A DNA stretch of 57,839 bases, the filler included, from Sphacelaria rigidula (taxonomy: Eukaryota): NCBI GenBank assembly GCA_964200075.2. It is 9 parts of 9 records of this genome, joined end to end, with 100 filler letters (N's around TTAATTAATTAA, not from the genome) between each part and the next. Parts side by side here need not be neighbours in the genome. Positions count along the whole stretch, not along the records: positions 51,503 to 57,839 come from CAXNAA020020693.1; 8 more parts are not named here. One strand, given 5' to 3'. Every line of letters begins with the position of its first letter. Within the stretch, counting starts at the first letter, position 1. The notes beneath the pieces were generated by a model. That model was given only the letters and a program-made list of their open reading frames with translations. It made no database searches and was not told the origin of the DNA. The translations under genes and the position numbers were made by a program. Shown one piece after another: positions 51,503 to 57,839 of the stretch.

Positions 51503-51591
51503 CTCCGTCCCGGCTTTGTAGGGATGCGAGGTCAATGGTCTGATGACTATGGCACGCATGATCATGAGTACATCCCTATCGTAGGATGACT
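51503..51591 (+). mobile_element. LINE 3'-end variant B interrupting the Copia pol
   Basis: Matches 6020-6112 (reverse complement) and partly 51329-51360. Confidence 0.65.
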
Positions 51592-53566
51592 CTTGGCTCT
51601 TTTGAGCCCTGCTGATAGAGAATACGTTGAACTGAATTCCCTCCAACACATACACATCCGTCAGCAGTACGCACACTGCATCAACATGGGGGGAGTTGTT
51701 CGTACGTGCTTGATGAAATTTCAACTTGAGACTCCCGACAGCCTTAACCGGTAGTATTTTACCATCTCCTAGAACAACATCCTCTTCCCCCACTGATGGA
51801 GGACGGGTATCGAAAACGTCGGTCATGTTGCCTGTAATGTGGTGCGTTGTACCTGAGTCTGCATTCCATATTTCTGAATCAGAAAGGGGCGGAGATTTCA
51901 TCTGATGCAACATCCTACCTTCACATCGAAATTACCCAAACTAAAGACTGACTTCTCTGGTTCGGCAGAAAGTGCCATGTATACACTGCCACCAGGGTTA
52001 TCGTTTGGTGAGGGTTTACCGGATAAGAATATTGGTCGGATGACTTGTGGTAGAGTGACGAGTATGGTGGTGGTGCAGCGGAGGAAGGATCATGGTGGGA
52101 TTGGTCTGGCGGTGGATGTTGTGATGGGTAGCAGGGGAGATGTTCGGTGATGGTGGTAGGTTGCGGCTGCAGTTGATGTTGAGAGATATGGTATTGGACT
52201 GTATGGGCAAAACCGGCATCGTCGAAAGCATCGTCCTCGTAGACAAAGTTACCAACGCTCTCATGGTGCTGGTACGGGGGATCAGTCTGCTGGACGGTGT
52301 TGGCTTGTGGTTGATGGTTGTGGATTTGGTGTTGAGGGTGCGGGTAATGGGGTTGTGATGAGATATGGTTGGCTGTGTGGTTGGATTGTTGTCGGTGGCG
52401 TGTTGGGCCCGTGTATGTTGGTTGGCGTTGCTGGAGAATTGGGGGTCGTTGGGTGCTGTGATGCTGCGCGTGGTACCGGCGAGGGGGGCAGTTGGGACAA
52501 TTGAATAGGCAACGAATTTCATAGGTTCGTTGACTAGCTTGGTGAACCCTACCACGGCCTGGTCCCGAATGATTCCACGGACTGTGTGATCGTCATGGCT
52601 GTTGTCTCGGGGAGTTCCACTCCCCTCGACCACCATGACCACTGTTGATGTGTTGCTGTGAGCCATGGTCGGTATGGAAATTGGATTGATGTGGGTTTGG
52701 AGGGATGTGGTGGTTGTATTGGTTTTGGGGACTGTGGTTGTGGGATCTGCGGTTCCCCTCGTTCTGTCTTTTGCCAGGTGAGCCATGGCCCCTACCACCA
52801 GTCTTAGAAGCGGAAAGTGCATGGTTCAAGGTTGTTTTCTGCCTTTCTTTCAACAATTGCGCCCCTGCATACGCATTTCCAAAGCTGGCGGGTTACCTCT
52901 TCTATGCTTATCTCTCATAGTGTTAGTAAGTTCCTATGCTCGTGCTCGTACTCTGATGAAAGGCATCGAACAATATGCCTGTTCGCTTCACAGTCCGATA
53001 GAACTGCATCGAATTCTTCGCGCTTCGTACGAATAGAGTGGGCCCGCGAGAGAAAGCTCATTAGCAATTCTCCGTCAGCCATCTGCGACGTTTGCCACTC
53101 GTGTTCCAACTTGGCTTTTTCTCAGGCTTCTGGAATCCTGTAGTACTGGACGATATAATTCCATGCTTGACTTGGGTTCGCAAGCATATTGATATGCCTT
53201 ACCAAGGGGGAAATGTCACTTTATCGAGTATTATCCTCATAGCCCCTTTGGCCTTGTCAACAGCTTCGTTTCCAAAACGTGTTCGCAAATCCTCCTCATT
53301 TTCTCGGTGAACCCTGATGGGGTTTTCAACTAGCAAATGTCATAGCAGTCTTCGTCCTTGAAAAAGGCACACATCTTGATGTTGAACACATCGAACCTAT
53401 CCCTGACATTGGTGGATGTGACAGCTTTTTTATCGCAAGGTAGGATGCTTTTGTTGCTGCGAATACGGTGGGAATTGGGGCTGTGAGGGGTGTGGAACGG
53501 TGCTTGCTGTGCTGTATTAGCAGACATCACCGATGTATTGTTGATTCTCTGTTGCATTCTGCTCAT
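51592..53566 (-). pseudogene. Decayed Ty1/Copia gag and protease
   Basis: Gag-like EHEWQTSQMADGELLMSFLSRAHSIR...HIVRCLSSEY; Copia protease IWNADSGTTHHITGN...VVLGDGKILPVKAVGSLKL...LTDVYVLEGIQFNVFSIS; stops and frameshifts. Confidence 0.9.
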
Positions 53567-55052
53567 CTATTCAGTTAGAAGTCTGGCTTGCTCTTCCATT
53601 GTGGGGGGCTGATATTGTTCCATACTAAAACCTAGTCTAATTGTCAACCTTGCTCGATCTTCGCTCAACTCTGAAAACGTTCACACCTCTCTACCACAAA
53701 ACTCCTCGACTCAAACTCTCCTCTTGCTCAACATCTCTCACTTCGACTCAAAATTTGCTCTTGCTTAAACTCTCTCCAATCTCAAACCCTTCTGCACCGG
53801 CGGTATCTCTTCCGCTAGCGTAATCGACCGCTCTGCTGCTGGGTAAGCGTAGACACACAACTCAAGTGCGTGAACAGCCGTCAGCACCTTGGCTCAGGTA
53901 AATAGCAGTGTTCCAGAGCACGTTTGATTATTTCACTTCACCCTGTTTACTCTCCTAGACTCCAATCAACCTCAGTCAGTCACAGTGTTACCCAATATCA
54001 CACCGTCACAGACTCACCACATTCACCTATGTAAACCCCCGGAGCAAGGCAGGCAGTTGGCACCCAAACCAAGATGGACCAAGATGGACTGATCGACGTG
54101 GGCGATGGACAACCCGCTTGCTTGTACTGCACACGTGACTGTACTCGCATAACCTACACCATTAGACATTATTCCTCTGATTGGTTACCTAACCCTTCGC
54201 AATTGCAACATGGTCCATGCTACTTGTACCGCACTGCATGTATCCTACATCAACGTTATTCATGGCAGAGCGTGAGCATAGTCAGCTGAAGATGACACAA
54301 GAGACAGCATACAGTCGTCGGCCCAATTTTGCTGGAGACACATTGAATCGAAGCCCTATTCATGTCTTTCAGTGCACCCACCCGTCTTAGAGCACGCGTC
54401 TGTTGTATCGGCACTTGTGGGTGACGGACGATGGTTCGTTTTAATTCCCTCTTGGAACACAATATATTTGTTTCGATCTCCTTCTGGAACACAATAAAAA
54501 GCCAAGCCCACGGAACAACAAATACACTTCCACAAGGCGAGTCATTTATCCGCTAAAACTGTGGAAAGATGGGATCCGATAAATCAAGGTCCTCAAAACA
54601 TGACGAGGAGGTCGACCAACATCCGCCCAGCCCATATCACAACCCGGCGACTGTACTTCACTCGTCAGTGTAAGGGCCGCCCTCGTCGAAGTTCATCAGT
54701 ACATATGGTTCTGCCGCATGTTGAGCCCATCATGTTGGCCCAATTTCGATCCGCGTTCCCATACATGGTTCAGCGTCCTGGTTTCAGTTGCCGGCGTTGG
54801 GCTTCAAATATTCATGGTTGATATTACTTGATTTGAGTGTGTACAACGAGAATCGGAATTTTGGATCCATGTCGTCCTCTTCCGATGACGTAAGGTAAAT
54901 TTTACCCGACGAGCCTGGATAAGCCCCAAAAGTCGATATGTTCGTGTCTGTTCGTGAATTTGGTCGGTGACACTTTTTTGCTCGTTTTGGGGAATCAGGC
55001 GCACCCATAACTGTACAGCATATTAACAGCAATAAACAGTACACGGGGTAAA

Positions 55053-55214
55053 GAAACCCTGTGAAGCGTACTGCGTGGCACAAAAACATACCCTACAACC
55101 AAATCCCCGCGAGAAACACTGCACAGTTTCCCTGAAACCCTGTGAAGCATACTGTGTGGCGCAAATACACACCCTACAGCCAAATCCCCGCGAGAAACAC
55201 TGCACACTTTCCCT
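55053..55214. repeat. 81-bp tandem duplication
   Basis: GAAACCCTGTGAAGC...GAGAAACACTGCACA.TTTCCCT occurs twice. Confidence 0.9.
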
Positions 55215-55228
55215 GAATCCTGTAGACG

Positions 55229-55830
55229 TGTTACGGACAGTCTGGGTATAGGAAGTTCTCTGGCTTGTCCGTGGACGAGTTCGTTTTTACTATTGCCTCA
55301 ATTGTGTTGGTTATCATGATCGCTGCGCAAGCACTGTGATGGCGGAATTTTACAAGACGGGACATAACATGAAATTTGCTACTTCGAACAAACAAGCGGC
55401 ATATTTATCTAACTGCAGTGCAGTATGCATTGATTTCTAGATACGTTATCGCACAGCAAAACGGTTTCCAGCACAAGGGATGATCAGTTTAACGCAGAAC
55501 AGCTCATCCTGAATGCCAGAGTGTCTTGATCACAGCTTCAGGCGATGGTATTTCTTTTTTGTAGTGATAGTTTTGATTGCCTCATCGATACATTCACATA
55601 CGCTCGTAGCTCGTTTGGCTCACATTGAGAGAGTGAAACCAAGGGTCACGCCGGATAATGTAACCACGACGCACACGGAGGCGTGTCTGTCACAGTTACA
55701 AACGGACACTCTCCCTCGCCTCTAGTTGAAATACTCATAGGTCACATCAACTAGCCCTTCGAGCCCGTCAGTCGAATAGCTGGGCTCATCCTTGTATTAC
55801 CCTTCTACCTTCACGCCGCGATCCATAACA
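55229..55830 (-). mobile_element. 3' LTR of a Gypsy element
   Basis: Termini TGTTACGGA / TCCATAACA; immediately adjacent CTCCCCCTC is the PPT GAGGGGGAG on the minus strand. Confidence 0.8.
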
Positions 55831-55939
55831 CTCCCCCTCAGACCTAGAGTTGAAAAACCCTGGGACTAACGTGATTCGACGATGGATCTCCGCGTCACCA
55901 TGTTTCTCTTCCCCGAGTCATTGGCGTTGCTTCGTGTAG

Positions 55940-56480
55940 CCGTCGATCTTGGTAACCGTTCTGCCGGGTTAGACCATTTAGGGAATTTAGACACCGTGCA
56001 GGACGATTTCGAACAGTCTCGGCAACTCCCGCTCGTGTAGAGCTCTCTGCCGGGTTAGACCACGTAGGGAATTTAGACACCGTACAGAAATGATCCCATC
56101 CAATCCGGAGAAGTCCTTGATCTTGTTGACCGTTCTGCCGGGTTAGACCACGTAGGGAATTTAGATACCGTACAGAAACGATCCCATCTAGTCCGGAGAA
56201 GTTCTTGATCTTGTTGACCGCTCCGCCGGGTAAGACCATGTAGGGAATTCAGGCACCGTACAGAAACGATCCTATCCAGTCCGGAGAAGTCCTTGATCTT
56301 GTTGACCGCTCCGCCGGGTTAGACCACGTAGGAAATATGGACACAGTAGAGAAACGATCCTATCCAGGGAGGATATTTAATTTTGTTGACCGCTTCGCCG
56401 GGTTAGACCATGTGGGGAATATAAACACCGTATAGAAACGATCCCATCCAGTCCGGAGACGTTCCTGATCTTGTTGGCCG
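55940..56480. repeat. ~87-bp tandem array (~6 units) in the Gypsy 3' untranslated region
   Basis: TTGATCTTGTTGACCG.TC.GCCGGGTTAGACCA.GTAGGGAATTTAGACACCGTACAGAAACGATCCCATCCAGTCCGGAGAAGTCC recurs at 84-88-bp intervals. Confidence 0.9.
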
Positions 56481-56499
56481 CTCTTGGCTGTCCGCAAAC

Positions 56500-57839
56500 C
56501 GTTTACAGATCTTGGTACGTCGGGGAATCTGCCGTAACGCGTCATCGCGAGCAATCGGGTCCCTTCCTGCTCGAGGTGATGTATCAGATGGACGTGGCCT
56601 GGTCTGCGGGTGGTATAAATCCCACAAGGCATGAAACACGTCAAACTGTGACCCAGTAAAACTGTCCAAAGCCTCTCCCTCGTGAAACAACCATCGATGT
56701 TCCCACACTCACGACGATCCTGGGCCCAGCATTGCTGCTACCCGTTAGAGTATATAGTAGTGGCGCGGATGTGATGTCCTCAGCCAACCCTAAATCGCCC
56801 CCCCGAAGCTAACTGCAAGACCCCGTCTGGGAATGAGTGCTGCAGGTATTGTGGTGCACATGAATTTTCTTCACGTTGGCCGCGGACACCATCCGCTCTT
56901 GTATTTTACGCACCTGCATTCTGACCTCAAGATTGAGACCCGGTCTCATCACTTGCTGCACCGTCCACGGCCCAGTCCACAAGTCGTCTACTCATTTGGC
57001 CGGTGCATTTTCGTTTCGAAGGGAGCTGTCGGACTCTTTGACTAGCATCATACCTTGTACCTTAGCTCGCGATCCTGTCGACTGGCGAGTAATCTCGAGA
57101 TTTCTAGCAGATCTCACCCCCTCCCTACGCCGGTGGCGTTGGGTTAATAGCCCATGAATCTCCTTCAAATTCTGTCGCTGTTGATCTACCGGGTTATTCA
57201 GCGGTAGGGATTCTGCGTCAAGTGACACAGTGTCGAATTGCGTACGAGGCTCGCGCTGAATAGCAGCATTATTGGCGTCGGGTTATTTGGCAGGGACGGA
57301 TCGAAAGTAGTGTGTGATGAATCCATACAGGAGGATCCACATACTCGTCTCACTATTCCAGCCACTGCTTGCATAGCTCAGCTAAGACGCCATGCAACCA
57401 CCATCCGTATATTTCCACCGCACCCTGATCGCGAGGGTGATTTGCTGGACCATAATCCAGTTTCACCTACATCCACATGGCATACATGGTTTACTACCTC
57501 CGAAATGAACTCCCCCCACGCGTCACTTCAAAGGAAACAGGGTATTTTGAACGTCAAGAACAGTTTTAGCATACCCTTAACTACGTGCTCAGTGACCTTG
57601 GCTGATAGTGAAAAAGCAAAGAAAAACTTGGTCGCTCGATCCACAATAACCAACAGGTATCTATTACCAGAAGTAGAAACCTATTCAATGTCCGATATGT
57701 CCATCTGCATCATCTCCCAGGGCTGCGAGAGGCGGGCGGGTCGTATCGTTATGGTGTGACTCTCAGTACGCTTGCAACAGTGTTTTCGTGAGATTGAGAG
57801 TAGATGATACGATTGAGAGTGGCTTTGATCATTCGCTTT
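56500..57839 (-). pseudogene. Decayed Ty3/Gypsy integrase
   Basis: Minus-strand reading PWEMMQMDISD...GNRYLLVIVDRATKF...SDAWGEF...YGPANHPRDQGAVE is an rve core with stops. The integrase is the last domain before the PPT/LTR, which is Gypsy order. Confidence 0.85.

Noticed and set aside
52016..52822. 268-aa Thr-rich ORF
   Set aside because: Alternative frame of the low-complexity Copia gag-protease linker.
53616..54255. 5' LTR and PBS of the Copia element
   Set aside because: The position is plausible, but the termini could not be fixed without a second LTR.
57238..57759. 173-aa plus-strand ORF
   Set aside because: Antisense shadow of the Gypsy integrase.

Overview
This is eukaryotic, intron-rich and transposon-rich DNA. 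The repeat types and gene structure suggest a stramenopile, probably a brown alga, but that is inference. The window is not one locus. It consists of nine contigs of 6338 or 6337 bp joined by eight identical 100-bp N spacers carrying TTAATTAATTAA, so no synteny can be read across spacers. Host gene fragments rebuilt from splice signals: a WDR55-like WD40 first exon; a 3-exon CBS-domain pair; a 3-exon gene with a Gly/Arg/Asn-rich N-terminus; a >1000-aa protein whose EF-hand is formed across an intron; a secreted HIPL1/HHIP-like protein; and a few orphan exons. Mobile DNA: a decayed APE-RT LINE, two Ty3/Gypsy 3' ends with LTRs, a Ty1/Copia gag-protease, a tRNA-headed SINE family, nested hAT-type elements, Stowaway- and Tourist-like MITEs, and a very abundant ~105-bp TTAA MITE. 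The most interesting observation is that the LINE family ends in oligo/poly(C) rather than poly(A). One short copy has an 18-bp target-site duplication that begins with a C-run, which suggests C-tail/G-run target priming. No CRISPR arrays, rRNA or intact tRNA genes were seen.
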